Source of the DNA: Thermoanaerobacterales bacterium
GTDB lineage: Bacteria; Bacillota; Desulfotomaculia; Desulfotomaculales; JASEER01
Direction: 5' to 3'
Length of the DNA: 24,000 nucleotides
Assembly (NCBI GenBank): GCA_030019475.1
Contig: JASEER010000010.1
Span: 1-24,000, forward strand
In this document: piece after piece, positions 11,054-18,658 of the stretch
How positions within the stretch are numbered: the first letter of the stretch is position 1
Layout: each line of letters opens with the position of its first letter
The notes under the pieces: model-generated
Told to the model about the DNA's origin: nothing
Database searches by the model: none
The model's input: the letters and a program-made list of their open reading frames with translations, nothing else
Made by a program: the position numbers and the translations under genes

Positions 11054-11569
11054 GTGGACCGCCTCTGGGCCCCCTGGCGTTCGCACTACGTGACTGAAGC
11101 CGTCAGGTCTGATTCCGGCTGTATTTTCTGCCAGAAACTGGACGACACCGCGGACGAAGAGAACCTGGTCGTGGCCCGGACCGACCGCTGCTTCGTCCTT
11201 ATGAATCTCTACCCCTACAACAACGGGCATCTGCTGGTCGCACCCCACCGGCACGTGGGGGAAATGGAGGCCATGGACGGGGACGAACTGCGGGAGTTGA
11301 TGGAGGTCACCCGCTGGATGGTGCGCGTCCTGCGCCGGGCCATGAACCCCCACGGCTTCAACGTCGGGATCAACGTCGGCCGGGTGGCCGGCGCCGGCAT
11401 CCCCGGCCACTTCCACATCCATATCGTCCCGCGCTGGGACGGGGACACCAACTTCATGCCGGTCCTGGGCGAGACCAAGGTCATCTCCGAGGGCCTGGAG
11501 CGCACCTACCGGAAGATCCGGCAGGCGATGCAGGACGAGGAGCAAGAGGCCCGCGGCGAACGGGACTAG
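11054..11569 (+). CDS. HIT (histidine triad) family nucleotide hydrolase/transferase, Ap4A-phosphorylase/GalT-like branch
   Basis: Histidine triad GHFHIHIVPRW. N-terminal LWAPWRSHYV block. I prefer GTG 11054 (GAGGTG at 11042-11047, 6-nt spacing) over the ORF-track start 11045, which overlaps its own RBS. Confidence 0.85.
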   Translation: MDRLWAPWRSHYVTEAVRSDSGCIFCQKLDDTADEENLVVARTDRCFVLMNLYPYNNGHLLVAPHRHVGEMEAMDGDELRELMEVTRWMVRVLRRAMNPHGFNVGINVGRVAGAGIPGHFHIHIVPRWDGDTNFMPVLGETKVISEGLERTYRKIRQAMQDEEQEARGERD

Positions 11570-11602
11570 GAGCGTACATCAAGGTATTAAGGAGGCGAGA
11601 GC

Positions 11603-12868
11603 ATGACCGAAGAGGCGATCCGTGCGGCGGTTGTCGCAAAGGCCGCCCGCTGCCGCGAGGCGGCGCGCCGGCTGGCTTACCTGCCGACCGACGTCAAGGA
11701 CCGGGCCCTGCTGGCAATGGCCGCGGCCCTTGAAGATCAGGCCCCGGCCATCCTGGAGGCGAACGCCCTTGACATGGAGGCCGGAAGGGCGAAGGGCCTT
11801 ACCCAGGCGCTCCTCGACCGCCTGTTGTTGAACAAGGCGCGCATCCGGGACATGGCCGAAGGCCTGCGGGCCGTGGCCGCGCTGCCCGATCCGGTGGGCG
11901 AAGTGACCGGGATGTGGACGCGCCCGAACGGGCTGCAGGTCGGCCGGGTGCGCGTGCCGCTGGGCGTGGTGGGGATGATCTACGAGGCGCGGCCGAACGT
12001 TACCGTTGACGCCGCGGGCCTGTGCTTGAAGGCCGGCAATGCCTGCCTCCTGCGCGGCGGCTCGGAGGCCATCAATTCCAACCGCGCCATCGCCGGGGTC
12101 ATCGCCCGCGCGGCGGTGGCGGCGGGGGTCCCTGAAGGGGCCATTGAGCTGGTGGAGGTCACCGACCGCGCGGCGGTCAATATCATGTTGCGGTTGAACG
12201 AGTACCTGGACGTCCTCATCCCCCGGGGCGGGGCGGGCTTGATCCAGGCCGTGGTACAGAACGCCACGGTGCCGGTCATCGAGACCGGCGTCGGGAACTG
12301 TCACGTCTTCGTCGACCGCGAGGCCGACCTGGCGATGGCGGAGAGGATCGTGGTCAACGCCAAGTGCCAGCGGCCGGGGGTCTGCAACGCCATGGAGACC
12401 CTCCTCGTCGACGAGCCGGTGGCGGCGGCTTTCCTGCCGGGCCTTTTACAGCGCTTGCGCGATTCCGGCGTAGAGGTGCGCGGCTGCCCGCGCACCAGGG
12501 AACTGGTCCCCTGGGTGACAGCGGCCACCGAGGAGGACTGGGCGACCGAGTTCCTCGATCTGATCCTGGCCGTGCGCGTCGTGGACGGCCTGGACCAGGC
12601 CATGGACCACATCTACCGTTACGGGACCAAACACTCCGAGGCCATCGTCACCGAGAACTACACCCGGGCGCGGCGCTTCCTGCAGGAGGTGGACGCGGCG
12701 GCGGTCTACGTCAACGCCTCGACGCGTTTCACCGACGGCTACCAGTTCGGGTTCGGGGCCGAGATCGGCATCTCCACCCAGAAGCTTCACGCCCGGGGAC
12801 CGATGGGCCTCAAGGAACTGACCACGGTCAAATACATCATCTACGGCAACGGCCAGGTACGGCAATAA
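11603..12868 (+). CDS. proA: Gamma-glutamyl phosphate reductase
   Basis: ALDH-fold ProA blocks: VIETGVGNCHVFVD (catalytic Cys), NASTRFTDGYQFGFGAEIGISTQKLHARGPMG. AAGGAGG RBS at 11589-11595. Confidence 0.95.
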   Translation: MTEEAIRAAVVAKAARCREAARRLAYLPTDVKDRALLAMAAALEDQAPAILEANALDMEAGRAKGLTQALLDRLLLNKARIRDMAEGLRAVAALPDPVGEVTGMWTRPNGLQVGRVRVPLGVVGMIYEARPNVTVDAAGLCLKAGNACLLRGGSEAINSNRAIAGVIARAAVAAGVPEGAIELVEVTDRAAVNIMLRLNEYLDVLIPRGGAGLIQAVVQNATVPVIETGVGNCHVFVDREADLAMAERIVVNAKCQRPGVCNAMETLLVDEPVAAAFLPGLLQRLRDSGVEVRGCPRTRELVPWVTAATEEDWATEFLDLILAVRVVDGLDQAMDHIYRYGTKHSEAIVTENYTRARRFLQEVDAAAVYVNASTRFTDGYQFGFGAEIGISTQKLHARGPMGLKELTTVKYIIYGNGQVRQ

Positions 12869-12995
12869 ACGATCGTCAGACATCGGACGACCGGTGACCA
12901 ACCTCCGTCAAGGCACGCCTCCTGATACCCGCACATATCCTGGAGAGGGAGAAGCAAGTGTTCATCGCCATCTTCTTCCAGGGGGCTGCGGGACG

Positions 12996-13046
12996 ATGAA
13001 GGTGTTCCTTGACCCCGGTCACGGCGGGTCGGATCCCGGGGCTGCT
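12996..13046 (+). pseudogene. Remnant of the 5' end of an N-acetylmuramoyl-L-alanine amidase (Amidase_3/CwlD-type) gene
   Basis: ATG 12996 encodes MKVFLDPGHGGSDPGAA, the canonical Amidase_3 N-terminal zinc-ligand block (DPGHGGxDPGA), preceded by AGGGGG. Similarity stops after ~17 codons, and the rest of the 300-nt proA-nadD gap carries the nadD promoter. Confidence 0.4.
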
Positions 13047-13106
13047 GCGCGAGGCGCTGGCACGGGTCCGTCAGGAGGCCGACTCCGCCCTGCAGGGCGA
13101 GGCCCC

Positions 13107-13135
13107 TTGCATTTTGCCGGTCCGCGGATTATAAT
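13107..13135 (+). promoter_or_regulatory. SigmaA-type promoter of the nadD-RRM-rsfS unit
   Basis: TTGCAT (13107-13112), exactly 17 nt, TATAAT (13130-13135), 33 nt upstream of GTG 13169. G-rich discriminator GGGG directly after the -10. Confidence 0.7.
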
Positions 13136-13168
13136 GGGGCAAACCCCGGCATAGGAAGGTTCAGATAG

Positions 13169-13771
13169 GTGAGGAAATTTGCGGTAATGGGCGGGACATT
13201 CGATCCCGTGCATTACGGCCACCTGGTTACCGCCGAGGGCGTGCGCTGGGAGTTCCGCCTTGAAAAGGTGGTCTTCGTACCGACGGGTCGCCCGCCGCAT
13301 AAGTACGGCACCCGGATTTCCGCCCCGCATCACCGGATGGCCATGACCGTTGCCGCTACGGCCTCAAACCCGTACTTCACGGTTTCGGATGTCGAGATCA
13401 GGCGCGCCGGGCCGTCTTATACCTACGACACCATTTGCGAATTTCGCTGCGAGTACGCACCGGAGGAGATCTACTTCATTACCGGTGCGGACGCGATTCT
13501 GGAGATTCTGACCTGGCACCGGGTGGAGGAGCTGCTTCAGATCTGCCGGTTCATCGCGGCCACCCGCCCCGGGTATGACCTCGACAACCTGAAGGAGCGT
13601 TTGCGGCAGTTACCGCCGCGCCTCATCCACCGGATTACTCCGATCATCGTCCCGGCGCTGGCCATCTCTTCAACCGACATCCGCCGGCGGGTGCGAACCG
13701 GACGGCCCATCAAATACCTTTTGCCGGAGAACGTCGAGGAGTATATCTTCGCGAACCGGCTCTACAAGTGA
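13169..13771 (+). CDS. nadD: Nicotinate-nucleotide adenylyltransferase
   Basis: GGTFDPVHYGHL (HxGH motif), ISSTDIRRR motif. GTG start with AGGAAGG RBS at 13153-13159. Confidence 0.93.
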   Translation: MRKFAVMGGTFDPVHYGHLVTAEGVRWEFRLEKVVFVPTGRPPHKYGTRISAPHHRMAMTVAATASNPYFTVSDVEIRRAGPSYTYDTICEFRCEYAPEEIYFITGADAILEILTWHRVEELLQICRFIAATRPGYDLDNLKERLRQLPPRLIHRITPIIVPALAISSTDIRRRVRTGRPIKYLLPENVEEYIFANRLYK

Positions 13772-13824
13772 CGGCTGCATCAGGGCAATGCCTTTTGCAG
13801 ATACTACTTAAAAAGGGAAACGAG

Positions 13825-14094
13825 GTGAAGAAGGTAGTGACCACCCTGTACGTGGGCAACCTCCCGTGGGCCACTACCGCCGAGGATCTGGAGCAGATCT
13901 TCGGACAATACGGCGAGGTGCTCTCGAGTCGGATTATCACCGACCGTCAAACCGGGCGCTCGCGGGGTTTTGGCTTTGTAGAGGTCAGGGACGAGGACGC
14001 GGAGACCATGGTTTCCGCCCTTAACGGCAGCGAACTGGGCGGGCGCATCCTGACGGTCAATGAGGCCAAGGCCCGGAACAACAGGCGCGTGTAA
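13825..14094 (+). CDS. Single-RRM RNA-binding protein
   Basis: RNP-2 LYVGNL and RNP-1 RGFGFVEV. About 90 aa, like bacterial Rbp proteins. Start is GTG 13825 or GTG 13837 (MTTLYVGNL...). The ORF-track start 13768 overlaps the nadD stop and adds a non-RRM extension. Confidence 0.85.
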   Translation: MKKVVTTLYVGNLPWATTAEDLEQIFGQYGEVLSSRIITDRQTGRSRGFGFVEVRDEDAETMVSALNGSELGGRILTVNEAKARNNRRV

Positions 14095-14133
14095 CCCGGC
14101 CCCATAGGAGAGCAAAACCGGTTCCGGGGAGGA

Positions 14134-14499
14134 ATGGCTTTGGCTGTTGGTCCCGAGGCGGTGCTTAAGGCCGCGGTGCGCGCGGCGCGGGACCGGAAGG
14201 GCTTCGATATTGTCGTCCTCGACATCGCCAGGTTAACCGTAATCAGCGACTATTTCGTGCTGGTGAGCGGCCGCTCCACGACCCATGTCCAGGCCCTGGC
14301 AGAACACATCCAGGAGACGCTGGAAAGGGAGACCGGGGTGCGTGCCCTACGCCGCGAGGGATACCGGGAAGGCCGCTGGGTGCTCCTCGACTACGGGGAC
14401 GTCATTGTGCACATCTTTGTCGAGGAAGAGCGGGCGTTTTATAACCTGGAGCGGCTGTGGGGCGACGCCACACCGGTGGAACTGCCGGCGACCCTATAA
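14134..14499 (+). CDS. rsfS: Ribosome silencing factor RsfS (YbeB/iojap family)
   Basis: FDIVVLDI...SDYFVLVSGRSTTHVQALAEHI...WVLLDYGDVIVHIF family blocks. GGGGAGG at 14126-14132 is only 1 nt from ATG 14134, so TTG 14140 is an alternative start. Confidence 0.9.
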   Translation: MALAVGPEAVLKAAVRAARDRKGFDIVVLDIARLTVISDYFVLVSGRSTTHVQALAEHIQETLERETGVRALRREGYREGRWVLLDYGDVIVHIFVEEERAFYNLERLWGDATPVELPATL

Positions 14500-14529
14500 T
14501 AACGGTGAACTTGTGCTTAACGCCGGTTG

Positions 14530-14558
14530 TTGACATTTGTCCGGCCGTCCCTTATAAT
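14530..14558 (+). promoter_or_regulatory. Consensus sigmaA promoter of tRNA-Ala
   Basis: TTGACA (14530-14535), exactly 17 nt, TATAAT (14553-14558). The tRNA 5' end lies 13 nt downstream. GGGG discriminator. Confidence 0.85.
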
Positions 14559-14571
14559 GGGGAAGTGTGAT

Positions 14572-14646
14572 GGGGCTGTAGCGCAGTGGGAGCGCGCTAC
14601 CTTGGCATGGTAGAGGTCGCGGGTTCGATCCCCGCCAGCTCCACCA
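14572..14646 (+). tRNA. tRNA-Ala (anticodon GGC), CCA encoded
   Basis: 75-nt cloverleaf. Acceptor GGGGCTG/CAGCTCC with the G3:U70 Ala identity pair. D stem GCGC/GCGC. Anticodon stem CTACC/GGTAG with loop TTGGCAT (anticodon GGC). T stem GCGGG/CCCGC with loop TTCGATC. Discriminator A plus CCA. Confidence 0.95.
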
Positions 14647-14661
14647 TCACTTTGACGTTTG

Positions 14662-14700
14662 AAGCCCTCCAGCCTTTTTGGTTGAGGGCTTTCTGATTAT
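14662..14700 (+). terminator. Probable (leaky) intrinsic terminator after tRNA-Ala
   Basis: AAGCCCTC (14662-14669) pairs with GAGGGCTT (14684-14691), followed by the U-rich TTCTGATTATTT. The 14-nt loop is large, so efficiency is probably partial. Confidence 0.6.
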
Positions 14701-14722
14701 TTGCCGAGGGGAGAGCGGGGGA

Positions 14723-17203
14723 GTGGAGGAACGTTATCATTTCGCCGGAATAGAAAAGAAATGGCGCGCCCGGTGGGAGGCCGCCGACCTTTATAACGTC
14801 CCCGATTTTTCAGACCGCCCGAAGTTTTATTGCCTCGAGATGTTTCCCTACCCGTCCGGCAAGCTGCATATGGGACACGTGCGCAACTACGCCATCGGTG
14901 ACGTGGTGGCCCGCTTCAAGACGATGCAGGGCTATGACGTCCTGCACCCCATGGGATGGGACGCCTTCGGCCTGCCGGCGGAGAACGCCGCTATCAAGCA
15001 CGGCATCCATCCCGCGGACTGGACCTGGGACAACATCGCCAACATGCGCCGGCAGCTTAAGGAGATGGGCCTCAGCTACGACTGGCGGCGGGAGGCGGCC
15101 ACCTGCCACCCGGGGTACTACCGCTGGAACCAGTGGCTCTTCCTCCAGTTCTACCGCCGGGGCTTGGCCTACAAGCGCAAGGCACCCGTCAACTGGTGCC
15201 CCGGCTGCGCCACCGTGCTGGCTAACGAGCAGGTGGTGGCCGGGGGCTGCGAACGCTGCAAGACCCCGGTCCAGCGGCGCGAGCTGGAGCAGTGGTTCTT
15301 CCGCATCACGGAATACACCGAGCGGCTGTTGAAGGACCTGCAGCGCCTGGATGGCTGGCCGGACAAGGTAAAGATAATGCAGGAAAACTGGATCGGGCGT
15401 AGCGAGGGCGCCGAGATCGACTTCCCGGTGGTGGGGAGCGACCGGCGGATAACCGTTTTCACCACCCGGCCGGACACCCTTTACGGCGTGACTTATATGG
15501 TCCTCGCCCCCGAGCACTCCCTTGTGGGGGAGCTGACCGATCCCGCCCGCCGGGCCGAGGTCGAGGCTTTCGTCCGCCGCGCCCGGGACCTGAGCGAGTT
15601 GGACCGCACCGCGGGCGAGCATGAAAAAGAGGGTCTACCCATCGGCGCCTACTGCGTCAACCCCCTGACCGGCGTCAAGGTGCCGATCCTGGTGGCCAAC
15701 TACGTACTGCTTGAATACGGCACGGGCTGCGTGATGGGGGTGCCGGCCCATGACCAGCGGGACTGGGAGTTCGCCACCAAGTACGGCCTGGCGAAGAGGG
15801 TTGTCATCCAGCCCCCCGGGGAAACGCTCGACCCCTCGACCATGGACGCCGCCTACGCCGGCGAGGGGGTACTGGTGAACTCCGGACCCTTCGACGGGAT
15901 GCCCAACACCCGCGCCATGGCCGCCATCACCCGCTACCTGGAAGAGCAGGGCCTGGGACGGCGAATGGTCAACTACCGCCTGCGCGACTGGCTGATCTCC
16001 CGCCAGCGGTACTGGGGAACACCGATCCCGGTCGTCTACTGCGATGCCTGTGGCGTCGTTCCCGTCCCCGAGGACCAGTTGCCGGTTCTCCTGCCCTACG
16101 AGGTGGCCTTCAAGCCGACCGGGCAATCCCCCCTGGCCGAGAGCGAGGAGTTCGTGCGCACCACCTGCCCCGGCTGCGGCGGGCCGGCGCGGCGGGAGAC
16201 CGACACGATGGACACGTTCGTCGACTCCTCGTGGTACTACTACCGGTACACCAGCCCGCGGGACGAGCAGGCTCCCTGGTACGGGAAGGCGGTGGAGCGG
16301 TGGCTGCCCGTCGACCAGTATATCGGCGGCGTCGAGCATGCCATCCTGCACCTCCTGTATTCCCGATTCTTTACGAAGGTACTCAACGACATGGGCCTGG
16401 TGCCGGTGGATGAGCCCTTTACGAACCTCCTAACGCAGGGTATGGTCCTGAAGGACGGGGCCAAGATGTCCAAGTCCAAGGGCAACATCGTCAGCCCGGA
16501 GGACATCCTTGCCCGTTACGGCGCAGACACGACACGCCTGTTCATCCTCTTCGCCGCCCCGCCGGAACGCGACCTGGAGTGGTCGGACCAGGGGGTTGAG
16601 GGCTGCTACCGTTTCATACAGCGCGTCTGGCGGCTCGTGCTCCCGCTCACGGATACGGTCCGCAAGGCCCCCCGCGAGCCCCGTACGGGCCTGGTCGGCG
16701 TCAACCGCGCCCTTCGTCACCTGACCCACCGGACCATTGCTCGGGTCACCGAGGACGTAGAGACCCGTTTCAACTTCAACACCGCCATCAGCGCGATTAT
16801 GGAGATGGTCAACGGCCTGTATCACTACCGCGAACGGGTGCCGGAATCCGACCGCGACCCGGCGGCGCTGCGTGAGGCCGTCGAGAGCCTGTTGCTCCTC
16901 CTGGCCCCCTTCGCCCCGTTTATCACGGAGGAACTCTGGGAGCGCTGCGGCCACACGGACAGTATCCACCGGCAGCCGTGGCCGGAGTTCGACCCCGGCC
17001 TCCTCGTAGAGGATACCGTAACCATCGTTGTTCAGATCAACGGCAAGGTGCGCGAGCGGCTGGTCGTCCCGGCCGACGCCACGGGGGAGCAGATGAGCGA
17101 ACTGGCCCTGGCCCAGCCGCGGATCCAGTCCCTGATCGGGGACCGGAAGGTCGTCAAGGTTATTCCCGTTCCGCAAAAGCTGGTCAACATCGTGGTCCAA
17201 TAA
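14723..17203 (+). CDS. leuS: Leucine--tRNA ligase
   Basis: HIGH region [20 protein letters not shown] = [12 protein letters not shown]1 editing domain. Start moved to GTG 14723 ([25 protein letters not shown] 14706-14713) because the ORF-track TTG 14678 lies inside the tRNA terminator hairpin. Confidence 0.97.
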   Translation: MEERYHFAGIEKKWRARWEAADLYNVPDFSDRPKFYCLEMFPYPSGKLHMGHVRNYAIGDVVARFKTMQGYDVLHPMGWDAFGLPAENAAIKHGIHPADWTWDNIANMRRQLKEMGLSYDWRREAATCHPGYYRWNQWLFLQFYRRGLAYKRKAPVNWCPGCATVLANEQVVAGGCERCKTPVQRRELEQWFFRITEYTERLLKDLQRLDGWPDKVKIMQENWIGRSEGAEIDFPVVGSDRRITVFTTRPDTLYGVTYMVLAPEHSLVGELTDPARRAEVEAFVRRARDLSELDRTAGEHEKEGLPIGAYCVNPLTGVKVPILVANYVLLEYGTGCVMGVPAHDQRDWEFATKYGLAKRVVIQPPGETLDPSTMDAAYAGEGVLVNSGPFDGMPNTRAMAAITRYLEEQGLGRRMVNYRLRDWLISRQRYWGTPIPVVYCDACGVVPVPEDQLPVLLPYEVAFKPTGQSPLAESEEFVRTTCPGCGGPARRETDTMDTFVDSSWYYYRYTSPRDEQAPWYGKAVERWLPVDQYIGGVEHAILHLLYSRFFTKVLNDMGLVPVDEPFTNLLTQGMVLKDGAKMSKSKGNIVSPEDILARYGADTTRLFILFAAPPERDLEWSDQGVEGCYRFIQRVWRLVLPLTDTVRKAPREPRTGLVGVNRALRHLTHRTIARVTEDVETRFNFNTAISAIMEMVNGLYHYRERVPESDRDPAALREAVESLLLLLAPFAPFITEELWERCGHTDSIHRQPWPEFDPGLLVEDTVTIVVQINGKVRERLVVPADATGEQMSELALAQPRIQSLIGDRKVVKVIPVPQKLVNIVVQ

Positions 17204-17224
17204 CGCCGGCGGTCCACCGTCGCC

Positions 17225-17261
17225 AAAAGCGGCCCCCGAGGAGAAGGGGGGTCGCTTTTTT
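17225..17261 (+). terminator. Rho-independent terminator of leuS
   Basis: GCGGCCCCC (17229-17237) pairs with GGGGGTCGC (17247-17255), one G:U, 9-nt loop. It is flanked by AAAA (17225-17228) and TTTTTT (17256-17261). Confidence 0.85.
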
Positions 17262-17379
17262 GCGCATTCAGGGTGAAGAATCATCGTGAAAAGGATAGTA
17301 ATCCGGACTATGGTGAAGGCAGTTGCAGGAATACGCAAAATAACGCTCGAATTGGCCCATCATCACTACGTTGGGCCGT

Positions 17380-17408
17380 TTGACATCATTAGGGGGTATT
17401 GTTAGTTT
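17380..17408 (+). promoter_or_regulatory. Candidate sigmaA promoter of the first usp gene
   Basis: TTGACA (17380-17385), 17 nt, TAGTTT (17403-17408). Predicted TSS near 17415. Confidence 0.4.
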
Positions 17409-17420
17409 GAGGGTAAGCAA

Positions 17421-17436
17421 TGTGATCACAATCACA
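17421..17436. promoter_or_regulatory. CRP/FNR-type palindrome, site S1
   Basis: TGTGATCACAATCACA is a perfect TGTGA-N6-TCACA, 31 nt upstream of ATG 17467 and about +6 to +21 relative to the predicted promoter. Followed by AGAG, as is S2. Confidence 0.55.
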
Positions 17437-17466
17437 AGAGGCGGTTCTTTGAGGAGAGTGGATGGT

Positions 17467-17880
17467 ATGCGCATCCTGGTGGCGGTTGACGGTTCGGAAC
17501 AGGGTTATGCGGCCTTGCGCTATGGGGTCCGGCTGGCAAAAAGGGGTACCCCGGCCGTGTTGGACGTGTTGATTGTCGCCCTCCCCGTCCTTCAAGCGCA
17601 ACACCTCGACGAGGAGGACGAGAGCGTGGGCCTGGAGTTGCCCCGGATCCGCCAGACGGTGGAAACGATCCTGGCCGCTGAGGGCGTGGAACCCCACATC
17701 CTTGAGAGGCGGAGCGTCGATCCCGCGGAAACGATCTGCCGTACGGCGCGTGACGGGGGTTTCGACGATGTCGTTATGGGACGCTGGGGCCGCTCGGCGG
17801 AAAGGGCCGCAGGCCGTTACCTGGGCAGCGTGGCGTACCAGGTCTTGCAGACCTGCCCCTGTCCGGTGACGGTGGTCTAA
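17467..17880 (+). CDS. Universal stress protein (UspA family)
   Basis: MRILVAVDGSEQG start and the Usp ATP-binding-type block VVMGRWGRSAERAAGRYLGSVAYQV. GAGGAG RBS at 17451-17456, 10 nt before ATG 17467. The ORF-track start 17371 adds 32 non-Usp codons. Confidence 0.85.
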   Translation: MRILVAVDGSEQGYAALRYGVRLAKRGTPAVLDVLIVALPVLQAQHLDEEDESVGLELPRIRQTVETILAAEGVEPHILERRSVDPAETICRTARDGGFDDVVMGRWGRSAERAAGRYLGSVAYQVLQTCPCPVTVV

Positions 17881-17913
17881 GGACCTGCCCCGGCCGCCTG
17901 TGCTGCCCGGCCA

Positions 17914-17929
17914 AGTGATTGTGCTCACA
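17914..17929. promoter_or_regulatory. CRP/FNR-type palindrome, site S2
   Basis: AGTGATTGTGCTCACA (GTGA-N6-TCAC core, 9/10 to TGTGA-N6-TCACA), followed by AGAG as in S1. It overlaps the spacer/-35 position of a possible -10 TAAACT (17934-17939). Confidence 0.5.
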
Positions 17930-17986
17930 AGAGTAAACTTTAGGGGAGAGAAACTCGTGACAGGACCCGGATAAGCGGCCTGGCAG

Positions 17987-18022
17987 TCCCCCTCCGTGGA
18001 GACAATCAGGCCTGGAGGGGGA
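17987..18022 (+). promoter_or_regulatory. RNA hairpin sequestering the Shine-Dalgarno sequence of the small ORF
   Basis: TCCCCCTCC (17987-17995) is the exact reverse complement of GGAGGGGGA (18014-18022), with an 18-nt loop. The 3' arm is the only RBS for ATG 18032. An alternative pairing, GGCCTG (17977-17982) with CAGGCC (18007-18012), is also possible. Confidence 0.6.
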
Positions 18023-18031
18023 TCGAATTCA

Positions 18032-18136
18032 ATGCTTGACGGCGCAGCTATCCTGACATTGGCCCTGGTCACACTCGCCGTGATCGGACTGGGCGCCTCG
18101 GTAGACAGGGCGCAAGAAAGGAACGGCGACAAATAA
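18032..18136 (+). CDS. Unannotated 34-aa single-TM peptide (MLDGAAILTLALVTLAVIGLGASVDRAQERNGDK)
   Basis: ATG lies 10 nt after GGAGGGGG. About 70 percent GC at third codon positions (23 of 33 codons counted by hand), like real genes here. A hydrophobic core is followed by a charged tail. It ends 23 nt before the second usp gene. It is below the ORF-track length cutoff. Confidence 0.45.
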   Translation: MLDGAAILTLALVTLAVIGLGASVDRAQERNGDK

Positions 18137-18159
18137 GTACCGGAAGGGGCTGGATCACC

Positions 18160-18588
18160 ATGCGGAAAGTTCTGGTTGGGCTTGACCGGTCGGAATACGC
18201 GCTGCGCGCCGCCACTCTCGCGGCGGAACTCGCCAGGGCGATTCCCGGCCTGGAGGTGACCGCGGTAATGGTGGTCCGGCCATTACCCGAGGGATTGTAT
18301 CGCGAGGAGCAGGACCTGGCGGCAAACAGCGGCGGCTACGACGCGCAGCGCATCATCCGGCGGGCCAAGGAGATCTTCGCCGAGCACGGAGTTGAAGCCG
18401 CTTTTGACAGCATCAGCGGTAGCGACCCCGGGCTTGAACTCTGCCACTACGCCGCCGACAGGGGTTACGACCATATCATCGTCGGCAAGAAGGGACGCGC
18501 CTCCTCCGCCGGCAACGGCCTGGCCCTCGGCAGCGTCGCCTACAAAGTCCTGCACCTGGCTCCTTGCGCAGTAACGATTGTAAAGTAA
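18160..18588 (+). CDS. Universal stress protein (UspA family)
   Basis: MRKVLVGLDRSEYA start and IIVGKKGRASSAGNGLALGSVAYKVLHLAPCAVTIV Usp block. GGAAGGGG RBS at 18142-18149. Confidence 0.85.
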   Translation: MRKVLVGLDRSEYALRAATLAAELARAIPGLEVTAVMVVRPLPEGLYREEQDLAANSGGYDAQRIIRRAKEIFAEHGVEAAFDSISGSDPGLELCHYAADRGYDHIIVGKKGRASSAGNGLALGSVAYKVLHLAPCAVTIVK

Positions 18589-18658
18589 GAAGACGGGAAG
18601 AAGCCTGCCCCCGGTCGAAGACGAGGGGCAAACATGGCGCGAAAGGAGTGAAAGCAGC

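Noticed and set aside
12894-13154. 86-aa ORF in the proA-nadD spacer as an intact gene
   Set aside because: Only residues 35-51 (MKVFLDPGHGGSDPGAA) look like a real protein (amidase N-terminus). The rest is Gly/Arg/Pro-rich and runs through the nadD promoter, so I treat it as a gene remnant.
14678-14722. ORF-track N-terminal extensions of leuS (14678), usp1 (17371), the small protein (19347), the RRM gene (13768), HIT (11045) and TSUP (21877)
   Set aside because: Each extension lacks an RBS and/or lies inside a terminator, promoter or the preceding gene. Internal starts give canonical family N-termini with well-spaced SD sequences.
17977-18022. H-type pseudoknot formed by GGCCTG/CAGGCC together with the SD hairpin
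   Set aside because: The connecting loop between the two 3' arms would be a single nucleotide (18013), too short to span a 6-bp helix. The pairings are better viewed as mutually exclusive alternatives.
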